Below are positions 41,166 to 50,620 of a stretch of 64,000 nucleotides of DNA, piece after piece. Positions within the stretch are counted from its first letter, which is position 1, and each line of letters opens with the position of its first letter. The position numbers and the translations under genes were made by a program. Source of the DNA: an uncultured Pseudomonadota bacterium (GTDB lineage Bacteria; Pseudomonadota; Alphaproteobacteria; Rhizobiales; Beijerinckiaceae); assembly GCA_963727035.1 (NCBI GenBank), contig CAVSEY010000001.1:9362-73361 (forward strand), read 5' to 3'. The notes below the pieces were generated by a model. It was not told the DNA's origin. It ran no database searches and worked only from the letters and a program-made list of their open reading frames with translations.

Positions 41166-41579
41166 ATGCAACCATCCGGCCACAGCGAGCAGAAGGCGCT
41201 CCGTCCGGCAGACCTCGCGACCGATCCGAGCAAGCCTCGCCTTTTCAGGGCTTTCGCCGCCTCGGTCGCGGGGCTCGCCAGCGCGATGAAGACGGAGGCC
41301 GCCTTCCGCATGGAAGTCGGGGTCCTGGTCGCCGCCATTCCCGTTTCTTTCGTCCTGACGCCGGATTTTTTTCGCCGCGCCGAACTGGTCGCGTCGCTGC
41401 TGGCGGTCCTGGCGGTCGAACTGCTCAACACGAGCCTCGAGAAATTATGCGACCGCACGACGCCGCATATCGACCCAGCCATCAAGATCATCAAGGACAT
41501 GGGTTCGGCGGCCGTGTTCTGCGCGCTGCTCATGGCCGGCCTGCTGTGGACCGGCGCCATTCTCGCACGATTTTCATGA
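41166..41579 (+). CDS. dgkA: diacylglycerol kinase (DgkA family)
   Basis: EAAFRMEVGVLV...AVELLNTSLEKLCDR...IKDMGSAAVF, three transmembrane segments. Confidence 0.8.
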   Translation: MQPSGHSEQKALRPADLATDPSKPRLFRAFAASVAGLASAMKTEAAFRMEVGVLVAAIPVSFVLTPDFFRRAELVASLLAVLAVELLNTSLEKLCDRTTPHIDPAIKIIKDMGSAAVFCALLMAGLLWTGAILARFS

Positions 41580-41618
41580 GCCGCGCCGGGTCCCGGCCAT
41601 GACGAAAAAAGCGGAAAA

Positions 41619-42128
41619 ATGGACGAAATCGGCGCCGCCATCAAACAGGGCTACAGGGTGGCCTCCGGTCAGGCCTTCGACGGCCACGACCAGCGTTTCA
41701 ATGAGGATGGCGGGACGATCCGGCTTCAGATTCCGAAATTCAGGGAAATGGGCTTCGACATGGACCTTTATTTCGGCGGCAAGGTCGACGAGGCCTATGT
41801 CGCCGGGACGCTGGGCTGCGATATCAGCCCGCGAAAAATGACCATCCTTCGTCCGGAATATCGTTTCAGATCAGTGCGCTGGACGGACAAGTTCGACCGC
41901 GAGCGCCCCGGCTTCACCGAGGATTTCCACCTCAGCGAAGCCGCGATTTTATTCGCGGGAAAACAGTTCAAGGCGCTGATCTACATTCCCTCGCCGGAAA
42001 CAAAGCCCGCCCATTTCCATCCGCCGACCACCATCGAGGTCATCGCCCAGAACATCGCCGGCATCGGATACGGCGACCGCGTGACGCTGCTTTATTCGCC
42101 GCAAGCGATCCGGATAGAAAACCCGTGA
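41619..42128 (+). CDS. hypothetical protein (169 aa)
   Basis: ORF with protein-like composition (MDEIGAAIKQGYRVASGQAFDGHDQRFNEDGGTIRLQIPKF...). No family recognised. Confidence 0.55.
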   Translation: MDEIGAAIKQGYRVASGQAFDGHDQRFNEDGGTIRLQIPKFREMGFDMDLYFGGKVDEAYVAGTLGCDISPRKMTILRPEYRFRSVRWTDKFDRERPGFTEDFHLSEAAILFAGKQFKALIYIPSPETKPAHFHPPTTIEVIAQNIAGIGYGDRVTLLYSPQAIRIENP

Positions 42129-42189
42129 AGAGGATTTGCGCCCGGCGCGAGGCCGGGCGTTTCGCTCTCGCGCCCCTTTGGCCGAAAAC

Positions 42190-43389
42190 TCAGCCGCCCG
42201 CCGCCACGACCTCGGCCACGACTTCCGGTTCGAGCATTTCCTCGCACAGGCAGGGGGCGTGGAAAAGGTCGCCGGTCCACATGCCGCGCATGGTGTGGGT
42301 GGCGACCGTCAGCCAGATCCCGAGCAGAAGCAGGGCTTCCGCCGTTCCGACGACGCCGAAGAAGGCGAAGCCGGTCAGCCGGTAGAGAATCAGCGTCGCC
42401 GCGGTATAGACGCCGAGCGGGAAGGTGAAGCCCCACCATCCCAGGCTGAAGGTCAGGCCCTGAGAGATATAACGGACGGTCAACACCAGCGCCATCACCA
42501 GCCACCAGAATCCCACACCCCAAAGCATCAACCCGCCGATGATGCCCAGGTCGCGGGCCACGAGGGCCGCCGAGGCCAGCGGCGTGCCGGCGAAGGCCGC
42601 CGGCGCCGCTTGGCCCAGAGTCAGCAGGGCAAGGCTGCCGGTGCCGATCGGCCCGAGAATCAGCCACATGGAGGCGGCCATGCCCTTTTGCGGCAGCTTG
42701 TGCAGCGCCAGGCGCAGGAACACGATGGTGATGATGCTGAAGGCGAGCGGCACGGAAACCGCCCACAGCACATAGCCCGTCGCGACCACAAGTTGCGCGG
42801 CGCCGCCGCTCAGATGAGGAGCCAGCAGGCCGCCCGAGGCGGCGGTGACCTCCGGTCCCACGATCGGCAGCAGCCAGACCGGGGTGATATGTTCGGCGGC
42901 GTGAATCTGGTGGGTGAACATGAAGAACGGCACCAGCCAGGCCACGCCGACCGCCAGACCGGCGTCAAACCACCACAGGATGTGGGACAAGAGAACCGCC
43001 CGCTCCGGGCCGAACAGATCCGGGCCGAAGGTCAGATTGGCGTTGATGATCGGGATCAGCCCCATCGGTATGGCGCCGAGAAACATCGACTGCACCGGGT
43101 GGCGCATGAGCGGCGCAATCGTTTCCGGGTAGAAAACGATCCGGGCGATCAGCAAGCCGAGGAACATCAGGTAGAAGCCCGTGTCGGACACCCACAGAAC
43201 CTCGGCGACCTGGCGCTGATAGGGAAGCTGAACCGGCGACATCAGCATGATGATAAAGAGAATGCCGGTGCCCATGGTGGTGGCGAACCAGTTGGGCGTG
43301 AACTGACGCGCCATTTCGACCGGCGATTTGATCCCCGACAGCGGCTTCCGCCAGCTGCTAATGCCCTCTTGCTCGATCTTGGCCGTCAT
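42190..43389 (-). CDS. TDT-family (TehA/Mae1/SSU1-like) anion transporter
   Basis: MTAKIEQEG...MARQFTPNWFATTMGTGILFI..., about 10 transmembrane helices. Start chosen at ATG 43389 with an upstream GGGGGA. Confidence 0.75.
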   Translation of the reverse strand: MTAKIEQEGISSWRKPLSGIKSPVEMARQFTPNWFATTMGTGILFIIMLMSPVQLPYQRQVAEVLWVSDTGFYLMFLGLLIARIVFYPETIAPLMRHPVQSMFLGAIPMGLIPIINANLTFGPDLFGPERAVLLSHILWWFDAGLAVGVAWLVPFFMFTHQIHAAEHITPVWLLPIVGPEVTAASGGLLAPHLSGGAAQLVVATGYVLWAVSVPLAFSIITIVFLRLALHKLPQKGMAASMWLILGPIGTGSLALLTLGQAAPAAFAGTPLASAALVARDLGIIGGLMLWGVGFWWLVMALVLTVRYISQGLTFSLGWWGFTFPLGVYTAATLILYRLTGFAFFGVVGTAEALLLLGIWLTVATHTMRGMWTGDLFHAPCLCEEMLEPEVVAEVVAAGG

Positions 43390-43799
43390 TCCCGTTTTCC
43401 CCCTGTCCGGTCGCGGGTCGTTGAACGCGCCAACCGCAGGACCAGACATATCCCTGGCCACATTGCCTGTTCGAGCGGCCGATCCGCCCCTGGTCGCCGC
43501 CTCATTAACTCTTTTCCGGCCTCGTTGGAAGGCGGCGCGATGTCTCGCCCGCGCCGGGTGGGTCTGGTCATCGCCTTGAACCGGATTGCAAAGGGGCTGG
43601 AAAACGGCATGGCCACCGACGGCCGCCACCTTCGCGCCCTTTTCCAGGACTTTTCGCGGATCGCGGCCGCCGACCGTACGGCGTGACCCGTGCGCCGTGG
43701 AGCCGCACCCCGGCATTCACCTTCAATAATAATAGCCATCCGCCGTCAAGAAATCACCCCGGCGCCAAAAAAATGCCGGCGCCAAGAGCGCGGAGGCGG

Positions 43800-44471
43800 T
43801 CAGCCGAAAAGATGCACCGTCCACTCGGTCATCGGATAGCCGACGCCAAAGCCCAGGACCGCGCCGGCGAGCACGTCGCTTGGGTAATGATGGGCGGTCG
43901 CCACGCGCGACCAGGCCATGCCGAAGCCCATGAGGACGGCGGAAGCGGTCGCCGCCGGCCAGAGCATCACCAGCGGCGTCAATACGCCGACCATGGTCAT
44001 CGTGTGGCCGCTGGGGAAGGAATGCGTGTCCAGAGTGGCGAGAAGGTTCGGCAGTTCGGGGGCGTCCTGGAACGGGCGGCGCCGGCTGCACCAGTCCTTG
44101 AGATAGGGATAGACGCTGTGGAGCAGGATCGCGCTGATCGCCGCCGGGGCGATGATGCGCAGGCCGGACAGCCGCCATTTCACCAATATGGCCACGGCGA
44201 GCAGGGGGTAGATCCAGCCGTTGCCGAGCTTGGACAAAGCGATCGCCAGAATTTTCAGCGGCGCGGGCCGCGCGCTGCGCGAGGCCGTGCGGACCGCGCG
44301 CATGTCCGCCGCCTCGAAGCACTGTAGAATGCGGGAGACGGCCGCGGAACATTTGACGTGAATGGGCTTCGCCGTGGAAACGGAGGGGGGCTGATCGCCG
44401 GATAACGGGGCGCCGGCGGGGAAAGCCTCAAGTCCGCCCCGTTGTGAGCCCGCGTGAGCTTCCATCGCCAT
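43800..44471 (-). CDS. PAP2-family phosphatase (membrane)
   Basis: KDWCSRRRP...SFPSGHT...SRVATAHHYPSDV (PAP2 motifs C1-C3). The start is uncertain; alternatives are 44465 and 44303. Confidence 0.65.
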   Translation of the reverse strand: MAMEAHAGSQRGGLEAFPAGAPLSGDQPPSVSTAKPIHVKCSAAVSRILQCFEAADMRAVRTASRSARPAPLKILAIALSKLGNGWIYPLLAVAILVKWRLSGLRIIAPAAISAILLHSVYPYLKDWCSRRRPFQDAPELPNLLATLDTHSFPSGHTMTMVGVLTPLVMLWPAATASAVLMGFGMAWSRVATAHHYPSDVLAGAVLGFGVGYPMTEWTVHLFG

Positions 44472-44769
44472 CCCGTTCGCCTTTCCGGGCAAGCAGCCCG
44501 GTCTGAAGGAAATCTTAATTTTCAATGCCTCTTGGCCGAAGCCGCGAACAACTCGTTGCACGGCCCCATACCAACATCTGGGCCAAAATCCCGTCGGAAT
44601 AGTGGCGCGCCCGGAAGCCAACATAAATTAGAAATTTTACACCTTTTTGTCACGCGGACTCGAAAGGGCGCTTTCAGGGAGAAGGCCAGGCCGATGAGTC
44701 CTGCGCCTGACGCAGCCGCGCGGCGACGCAGTTGAGAAGAACCGCGCGCCAGAAACGCAGGGCGCCGGG

Positions 44770-45354
44770 TCATGACGGGGTCGCGCCGTCGCCCGATCGG
44801 CTTTTCGCCCGCCGGCCCCAGGTATGCGGCGGCCAGATGAAGAGGAGAAGACTCACGGCGCCCGCGACGAACAGCAGGATGAGCAGCGTGGATCGCTCCA
44901 CCCAGGCCATAGCCGGGACGGCGGCTGCGAGCAAGAGCCCGACCAGCCCGATCCGCCACGAGCCGATCAGATTCCCCGAGGTGAAGAGCCCCAGCGCAAG
45001 GACCGTCAGCAGAACCAGCGGCGCGGCGTCGGCGCCGAGCAGATCGAAAATCTGGGGCAGCATGAGCAGCCGCATGGCCGCGAAAACCGCGAGCCAATGC
45101 AGCGCGTCCTGTCGGATCGCCTTGATCCGCTCCGCCCGGTCGCGATATTCGCCACGCGCGAAAAAGCTGGCGCCGGCAAAAATGGGCACGACGATTTCCC
45201 AATAGGGAATGGTCAGGTTCCGCGCCAGACTCGAGATGGCGACCCCGATCAGCGCCAACAGCAACATGATCAGGAATGGCCAGTTGGGGGCGAGAAAGCG
45301 CCGCGCCCATCCCGCTTTTTCGGCTGGCGCGTCGGGCTGATCGTTCTGTGTCAT
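44770..45354 (-). CDS. hypothetical integral membrane protein
   Basis: 194 aa with 5-6 hydrophobic helices. No family recognised. Confidence 0.6.
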   Translation of the reverse strand: MTQNDQPDAPAEKAGWARRFLAPNWPFLIMLLLALIGVAISSLARNLTIPYWEIVVPIFAGASFFARGEYRDRAERIKAIRQDALHWLAVFAAMRLLMLPQIFDLLGADAAPLVLLTVLALGLFTSGNLIGSWRIGLVGLLLAAAVPAMAWVERSTLLILLFVAGAVSLLLFIWPPHTWGRRAKSRSGDGATPS

Positions 45355-45508
45355 CGCTGGCCTCGCTTCGGTTTCGTCGACATTGGGAAGTTTGAAGGAT
45401 CCAACCTATTATATCATTGGCCGTTGTTTCCGGCTCATCGGAAACAAGGGCGCCCGCCGACGTCAGCCGGCGCCATCGCCCCTCATCGCGACACTACAGG
45501 AGAGCCAG

Positions 45509-45856
45509 ATGAATTTCCCTCGCCTCGTCGCGCTTTCGATCTTTCTTGTTGCGGGTTTCTCGAGTCTCGCGACGACTGGCGCGGCATGGGCGCAGACGCC
45601 GGAAGCGCCGGCAGTCCCCCAGGCGCAAGCCTATGTGATGTTCTGGCGACAGGTCGGCGGAACCTGGTGGAGGGGCCCCTTTGCCACGCAGACGGCGACC
45701 TGTGTGCACGCGAGCCCACTGGCTGTCTGCAACGGTCAGAATTTCAAGGGCGTCTATCTCGACGGGCAATATACCCTGTTCTGGATCAATGGGTGCGCTC
45801 AGCCGCCCATCACGCTGAAATGCGAGGTGCGTCCGGCGCCGGCTTCGGCCAAATGA
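45509..45856 (+). CDS. small secreted Cys-containing hypothetical protein
   Basis: ATG at 45509 after a CAGGAGAG RBS. Signal peptide MNFPRLVALSIFLVAGFSSLATTGAAWA. The mature part has 4 Cys. Confidence 0.6.
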   Translation: MNFPRLVALSIFLVAGFSSLATTGAAWAQTPEAPAVPQAQAYVMFWRQVGGTWWRGPFATQTATCVHASPLAVCNGQNFKGVYLDGQYTLFWINGCAQPPITLKCEVRPAPASAK

Positions 45857-45870
45857 CGCGGCTCTGCCCA

Positions 45871-46866
45871 TCACCCCCATAGCGCGGGTTCGGGCGGAAA
45901 AACGGTCGAACCGTCGTAGCGCAGGCCATCGGCGCGGTCCTGGGCCAGCAGCAGCGGGCCGTCGAGATCGACGAAACGGGCGCGCCCAGTGAGCAACAGG
46001 GCCGGGGCCATGGCGAGCGAGGAGGCCACCATGCAGCCGACGAAGAGACCGAAGCCGAGCCTTTCGGCCTCGGCCGCGAGCGCCAGCGCCTCGGTCAGGC
46101 CGCCGGTCTTGTCGAGCTTGATATTGACGAGGTCATAGCGGTCGCGCAGGGCGCCCAGCCCCTTGCGGTCGTGGACGCTTTCGTCGGCGCAAATTGCGAC
46201 CGGCCATTTATTCCGCGCCAGCGCCGAATCATCGTCCGCCGGCAGGGGCTGCTCGACCAGAGCGACGCCGGCCGCCGCGCAGGCGGCGAAATTTTCTTCG
46301 AGATTTTCCGGCCGCCAGGCTTCGTTGGCGTCGACGATCAGTTCGGCCTCGGGCGCCGCGGCGCGCACGGCGGCGAGGCGTTCGGCGTCGCCCGCGCCCG
46401 CAAGCTTCACTTTCAGCACCGGCCGGCCGGCGGCGGCTTTGGCCGCCCGCGCCATCTCGTCCGGCGTCGCGACCGACAGGGTATAGGCGGTGACGCAGGG
46501 CGCTATTGCGTGCAATCCGGCGAGCTGGAAAGCCGGGACGCCGGAAATCTTGGCGTCGAGGTCCCAAAGCGCGCAGTCCAGCGCATTGCGCGCGGCGCCG
46601 GCGGGCAAAAGCCTTTGCAGTTCGGCGCGACCGGCGCCCGATTCGATCGCGGCGCGGCAGGATTCGATCGCCGCCGCCACGCTCTCGACGCTCTCGCCAT
46701 AGCGCGCATAAGGCGTGCATTCGCCGCGTCCGGCCGCCTGACCTTGAATAATCGTCGCGACGACGGTCACCGCCTCGGTCTTGGCCCCGCGCGAGATGAC
46801 GAACGGGGTTTTCAGCGGAAAGCGCGCGATTTCTAGGGAGAGCCGGCGAGTTTCGGACAAGGCCAT
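45871..46866 (-). CDS. dipeptide (L-Ala-D/L-Glu-type) epimerase, enolase superfamily
   Basis: KVKLAG...LIVDANEAW...LVEQPLP...ICADES...NIKLDKTGG (metal ligands and catalytic Lys pattern). Start at ATG 46866. Confidence 0.75.
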   Translation of the reverse strand: MALSETRRLSLEIARFPLKTPFVISRGAKTEAVTVVATIIQGQAAGRGECTPYARYGESVESVAAAIESCRAAIESGAGRAELQRLLPAGAARNALDCALWDLDAKISGVPAFQLAGLHAIAPCVTAYTLSVATPDEMARAAKAAAGRPVLKVKLAGAGDAERLAAVRAAAPEAELIVDANEAWRPENLEENFAACAAAGVALVEQPLPADDDSALARNKWPVAICADESVHDRKGLGALRDRYDLVNIKLDKTGGLTEALALAAEAERLGFGLFVGCMVASSLAMAPALLLTGRARFVDLDGPLLLAQDRADGLRYDGSTVFPPEPALWG

Positions 46867-47009
46867 GGTGTTGCGCCCATGCAAGCTTCTTTCCGGACGA
46901 GCGGGTCGCCCGCAATTGGCTTTTGCGTAAACGGCTTGCGGATTGTATTCAAGAGCTGGGACCGTCCTCGTTCCCCGGCCCTGGCCGTCAGACAGCGGAT
47001 ACGCGCCGA

Positions 47010-48155
47010 ATGTCGAATTCAATGCCCGTCGAGCCGGCCTTTTCGGTCGAAAGGGACGGCGAGACCCTTCGCCTCGTCCTCAGCGGGGCGTGGACGATTT
47101 CGGCGTCGCGAGCGCTGGAAAGCGCGGCCGACGCGCTCGGCGCGGCGGGGCGCGGCGCGGCGCGGGTCGCGATCGATTTCGCCGGCGTGGCGCGGCTCGA
47201 CACCGCCGGCGCCTGGCTGATCGACAAGGCGCGGACGCAAATGGCGGCTGGCGGCGCCGCGACGGAATATCAAAGCCTCGATTCGGACCAGACCATTTTG
47301 CTGCGCGAGGCGGCTTACGCGCCTTCGACGCCCGAGGTGAAGCGCAAGACCAACCCGGTCGTCGACTTCCTGGTCCGGTTCGGCAAATGGAGCGCGATGA
47401 TCGCCGACAATGTGGCGACCGGCGTGTCCTTTTTCGGCGAACTGGCCGCCGCGGCCTTGCGGGTGATATTCAATCCGGCGCTCTCCCGCCCGACGTCGAT
47501 GATCTACCATATGGAAAATTTCGCCCTGCGCGCGGTGCCGATCGTCGTCACCATCAATTTTCTGGTCGGCAGCATTGTCGAGCAGCAGGGGCTCTATCAA
47601 TTGCGGCGCTTCGGCGCTTCGTCCTTTGCGATCGAGCTGATCGGCCTTCTGGTCCTGCGCGAACTCGGCGTGCTGCTGACCTCGATCATGGTCGCCGGCC
47701 GCTCGGGCTCCGCGATCACCGCCGAACTCGGCTCGATGAAGATGCGCGAAGAGGTCGACGCCCTTCGGGTGATGGGGATGTCGCCGATGGAGGTGCTGGT
47801 CCTGCCGCGCGTCCTGGCGCTGATCTTCTCCCTGCCGTTACTCACCTTCCTCGCCGACATGGCGGGGCTCGGCGGCGGCATGATCACCGCCTATGTCTAT
47901 GAAGGCATCAGTTTCCAGTCCTTCCTGGTGCGGGTGCAGGATTATATCGGCCTCAACACTTTTCTGGTCGGACTGATCAAGGCGCCCTTCATGGCGCTGG
48001 TCGTCGGGCTGATCGCCTGCGTCGAGGGGTTCCGGGTCCAGGGCTCGGCCGAATCGCTTGGCCGTCAGGTCACGACTTCGGTGGTCAATGCGATTTTCAT
48101 GGTGATTTTCGTCGATGGCTTGTTCGCGATCTTTTTCGCCGGCATCCATTATTGA
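47010..48155 (+). CDS. mlaE: MlaE-family ABC permease with N-terminal STAS (MlaB-like) domain
   Basis: N-terminal LRLVLSGAWTISASRALES...IDFAGVARLDTAGAWLI, then an MlaE core (REL-GVLLTSIMVAGRSGSAITAELGSMKMREEVDAL). Confidence 0.8.
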   Translation: MSNSMPVEPAFSVERDGETLRLVLSGAWTISASRALESAADALGAAGRGAARVAIDFAGVARLDTAGAWLIDKARTQMAAGGAATEYQSLDSDQTILLREAAYAPSTPEVKRKTNPVVDFLVRFGKWSAMIADNVATGVSFFGELAAAALRVIFNPALSRPTSMIYHMENFALRAVPIVVTINFLVGSIVEQQGLYQLRRFGASSFAIELIGLLVLRELGVLLTSIMVAGRSGSAITAELGSMKMREEVDALRVMGMSPMEVLVLPRVLALIFSLPLLTFLADMAGLGGGMITAYVYEGISFQSFLVRVQDYIGLNTFLVGLIKAPFMALVVGLIACVEGFRVQGSAESLGRQVTTSVVNAIFMVIFVDGLFAIFFAGIHY

Positions 48156-48163
48156 GGGAACAG

Positions 48164-48964
48164 ATGGGGCCGAGGTCGCAAGAACCGATCATCAAGGTGC
48201 GCGGGCTGAACGTCGGCTTCGGGACCAAACTGGTCCTGAAGGGCCTCGATCTCGACGTTCCGCCGGGCCAGGTGACAGGTTTCGTCGGCGGTTCCGGGCA
48301 GGGAAAATCCGTCCTGACCCGCGCGATTCTCGGCCTGCTCCCCAAACAGTCCGGGACCATCGAAGTCCTTGACGAGAATATCGACCGGCTGTCGCCCTCG
48401 CAGCGCCGCGCGCTGGAGCGCCGCTGGGGCGTGATGTTCCAAGGCGGGGCGCTGTTTTCCGCCCTCACCGTCAAACAGAACATCCAGACCCCGATGCGGG
48501 AATATCTCGACATCAGCCAGCCGGTGATGGACGAACTGGCCATGCTGAAAATCAAGCTGGTCGGCCTGCCGCCGGACGCGGCGGACAAATTTCCGTCAGA
48601 ACTTTCCGGCGGCATGGTCAAGCGCGCGGCGCTCGCCCGCGCGCTGGCGCTCGATCCCGAGTTGCTGTTCCTCGACGAGCCGACCTCGGGGCTCGACCCG
48701 ATCGGCGCCGCCGATTTCGACGATTTGATCGCAACCTTGCGCGCCACCCTCGATCTGAGCGTTTTCATGGTGACCCACGATCTCGACTCCCTCTATTCGA
48801 TATGCGACACCATCGCGGCGCTCGCGGACGGCAAGGTGATCGCCTGCGGTCCGCTTTCGACGATGCTCGCTTCCGATCATCCCTGGCTGCGCACCTATTT
48901 CCACGGCAAGCGCTCGCGGTCGATCGTCGCGCCGGAACACGCCGCCATCGGCGCGCAGAACTAG
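48164..48964 (+). CDS. mlaF: MlaF-like ABC transporter ATP-binding protein
   Basis: Walker A GGSGQGKS, signature LSGGMVKR and Walker B LLFLDEPTSGLD. ATG at 48164 after GAGGGA. Confidence 0.85.
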   Translation: MGPRSQEPIIKVRGLNVGFGTKLVLKGLDLDVPPGQVTGFVGGSGQGKSVLTRAILGLLPKQSGTIEVLDENIDRLSPSQRRALERRWGVMFQGGALFSALTVKQNIQTPMREYLDISQPVMDELAMLKIKLVGLPPDAADKFPSELSGGMVKRAALARALALDPELLFLDEPTSGLDPIGAADFDDLIATLRATLDLSVFMVTHDLDSLYSICDTIAALADGKVIACGPLSTMLASDHPWLRTYFHGKRSRSIVAPEHAAIGAQN

Positions 48965-48977
48965 GAGGAGCAGAAGC

Positions 48978-49895
48978 ATGGAGACGCGCGCCAATTTTGC
49001 GCTGGTCGGCCTGTTCACCCTGGCCGTGATTTTCGGCGCGTTCGGATTCATTTACTGGTTCAAGACCTTCGGCACGGCGACGGCCCAGAAAACCTATTTC
49101 GTTCACTTCGAGACCCCGGTCTCCGGACTGCTGAACGGCGCGGAAGTCGAATTCAACGGGCTCAAGGTCGGCTCGGTCACCGACCTCAGCCTCAACCCGA
49201 ACAATCCCAGGCAGGTGGACGCGCAGATCTCGATCGGCGCCAATACGCCGGTCAAGACGGACACCTCGGCTTCGCTCAAGACCGGCGGGATCACCGGAGT
49301 CTCCTGGGTGGGGCTCGAAGGCGGCAGCACGGAAGCGCCGTTTTTGCCGGCGGGCGGCGTGATCAACGCCACGGGCTCGGACCTTCAGGCCCTGTTGCTG
49401 ACCGCACAGAAACTGACCGCGAAGGCCGACAAGGCGTTCGACCAGCTGGATACGGCCCTGAACCGGGTGAACGACCTTCTGAAAACCGCCAGTCCGGGGA
49501 TCGAGTCCTCGGTGACCAACCTTCAGCAGGTGACTGAAGCCCTCGCGGACAAGAACGGCAATTTCCGCCAGGCGCTCGACAGCATCGATCCGGGCAAGGT
49601 GCGCAACATCATGCGCAACGCCGACGAGGCGTTGGCCAAGATCAACAACCTGCTCGGAGGCGACTCCGGCAAGACGATGATCGCCGATATTTCCAGCGCC
49701 GCGCGATCGATCAAGAAACTGGCGGAGAGCCTGAATCGTTTCGCCAACACCGGACTGCCGGCCTACCAGGGCCTGGCGGTCGACGGGCGCAAAACGCTTC
49801 AGGACGTCGATCACGCGGTCAAGACCCTCGAGCGGGACCCGCAGAGCATTCTTTTCGGCCGAAAACCGGCGCTGCCCGCTTATAACGGGCATTGA
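48978..49895 (+). CDS. mlaD: MlaD/MCE-domain substrate-binding protein
   Basis: METRANFALVGLFTLAVIFGAFGFIYWF (membrane anchor), then the MCE fold VSGLLNGAEVEFNGLKVGSV. Confidence 0.8.
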   Translation: METRANFALVGLFTLAVIFGAFGFIYWFKTFGTATAQKTYFVHFETPVSGLLNGAEVEFNGLKVGSVTDLSLNPNNPRQVDAQISIGANTPVKTDTSASLKTGGITGVSWVGLEGGSTEAPFLPAGGVINATGSDLQALLLTAQKLTAKADKAFDQLDTALNRVNDLLKTASPGIESSVTNLQQVTEALADKNGNFRQALDSIDPGKVRNIMRNADEALAKINNLLGGDSGKTMIADISSAARSIKKLAESLNRFANTGLPAYQGLAVDGRKTLQDVDHAVKTLERDPQSILFGRKPALPAYNGH

Positions 49896-50554
49896 ACAGG
49901 CGGCTGATTCGCGTCGGACCGCAAGGAGAAGCAGGGACCGTGGAGAGGAAAGCAAGCGGAGCGCGCGCGCGGCAGGGGGGGCGGAAACCAGCCCCCCTTT
50001 CGGCGCTCGCCGCCTTTGTCGCCCTCGGCCTTTCCGGCTGCGCCAACCTCGTCGCGCCTCAGCGTTTCGATCTTCAAGCCGCGCCGGCGCGGGCGCGTCC
50101 CTCCAGCGCGACCTTCGTCGTGCCGACGCCGACCGCCTCCGATCCGCTGGACAGCGAGCTGATCGTGGTGCGCGGCGCCGACGGCTCGCTGAGCCGGGTC
50201 CCCGACGTGGAATGGGCCGACCGCGCGCCGGCCCTGCTGCAGGGACGCATTGTCCAGACCTTCGAGAACGCCGGGCTCGCCCGTCAGGTCGCGGTCGCGG
50301 GCGGACACGCGCAATATGCGCTGCGGGTCGAACTGCGGCGCTTCGACATCGACGTCGCCAGCCGCAGCGCAATGGTCGAGATGACCGCGCGGCTGATCGT
50401 GGAAAGCAGCGGTAACACGGTCGCCGCGAAAATCTTTTCGGCGTCCCAACCGGTCGGCGAAATCGTCGGGGCCGCGCCGGCCATGGCGCTCAATCGCGCG
50501 CTCGCCGATGTCCTCTCCCGCATGATCCCCTGGGCCGCTTCCCTCGGACGGTGA
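49892..50554 (+). CDS. ABC-transport auxiliary lipoprotein (DUF330-like)
   Basis: Lipobox LGLSGC, and the gene is the fourth member of the mla-like cluster. The start is non-ATG and uncertain (TTG 49892 or GTG 49940). Confidence 0.65.
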   Translation: MNRRLIRVGPQGEAGTVERKASGARARQGGRKPAPLSALAAFVALGLSGCANLVAPQRFDLQAAPARARPSSATFVVPTPTASDPLDSELIVVRGADGSLSRVPDVEWADRAPALLQGRIVQTFENAGLARQVAVAGGHAQYALRVELRRFDIDVASRSAMVEMTARLIVESSGNTVAAKIFSASQPVGEIVGAAPAMALNRALADVLSRMIPWAASLGR

Positions 50555-50566
50555 ATCGCTCAAGCG

Positions 50567-50597
50567 AAAAAGAACGCCCGGATCGCTCCGGGCGTTC
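50567..50597 (-). terminator. rho-independent terminator of the giant gene
   Basis: 11-bp stem GAACGCCCGGA / TCCGGGCGTTC with loop tcgc. The minus-strand reading is followed by TTTTT. It lies 24 nt after the stop at 50621. Confidence 0.75.
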
Positions 50598-50620
50598 GCA
50601 TTTCCGGCCATTCGGCTCGG

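Noticed and set aside
42136-43686. 516-aa plus-strand ORF.
   Set aside because: It is antisense to the TDT transporter gene. It is a hydrophilic R/G/E/Q-rich shadow, whereas the minus strand encodes a convincing polytopic membrane protein.
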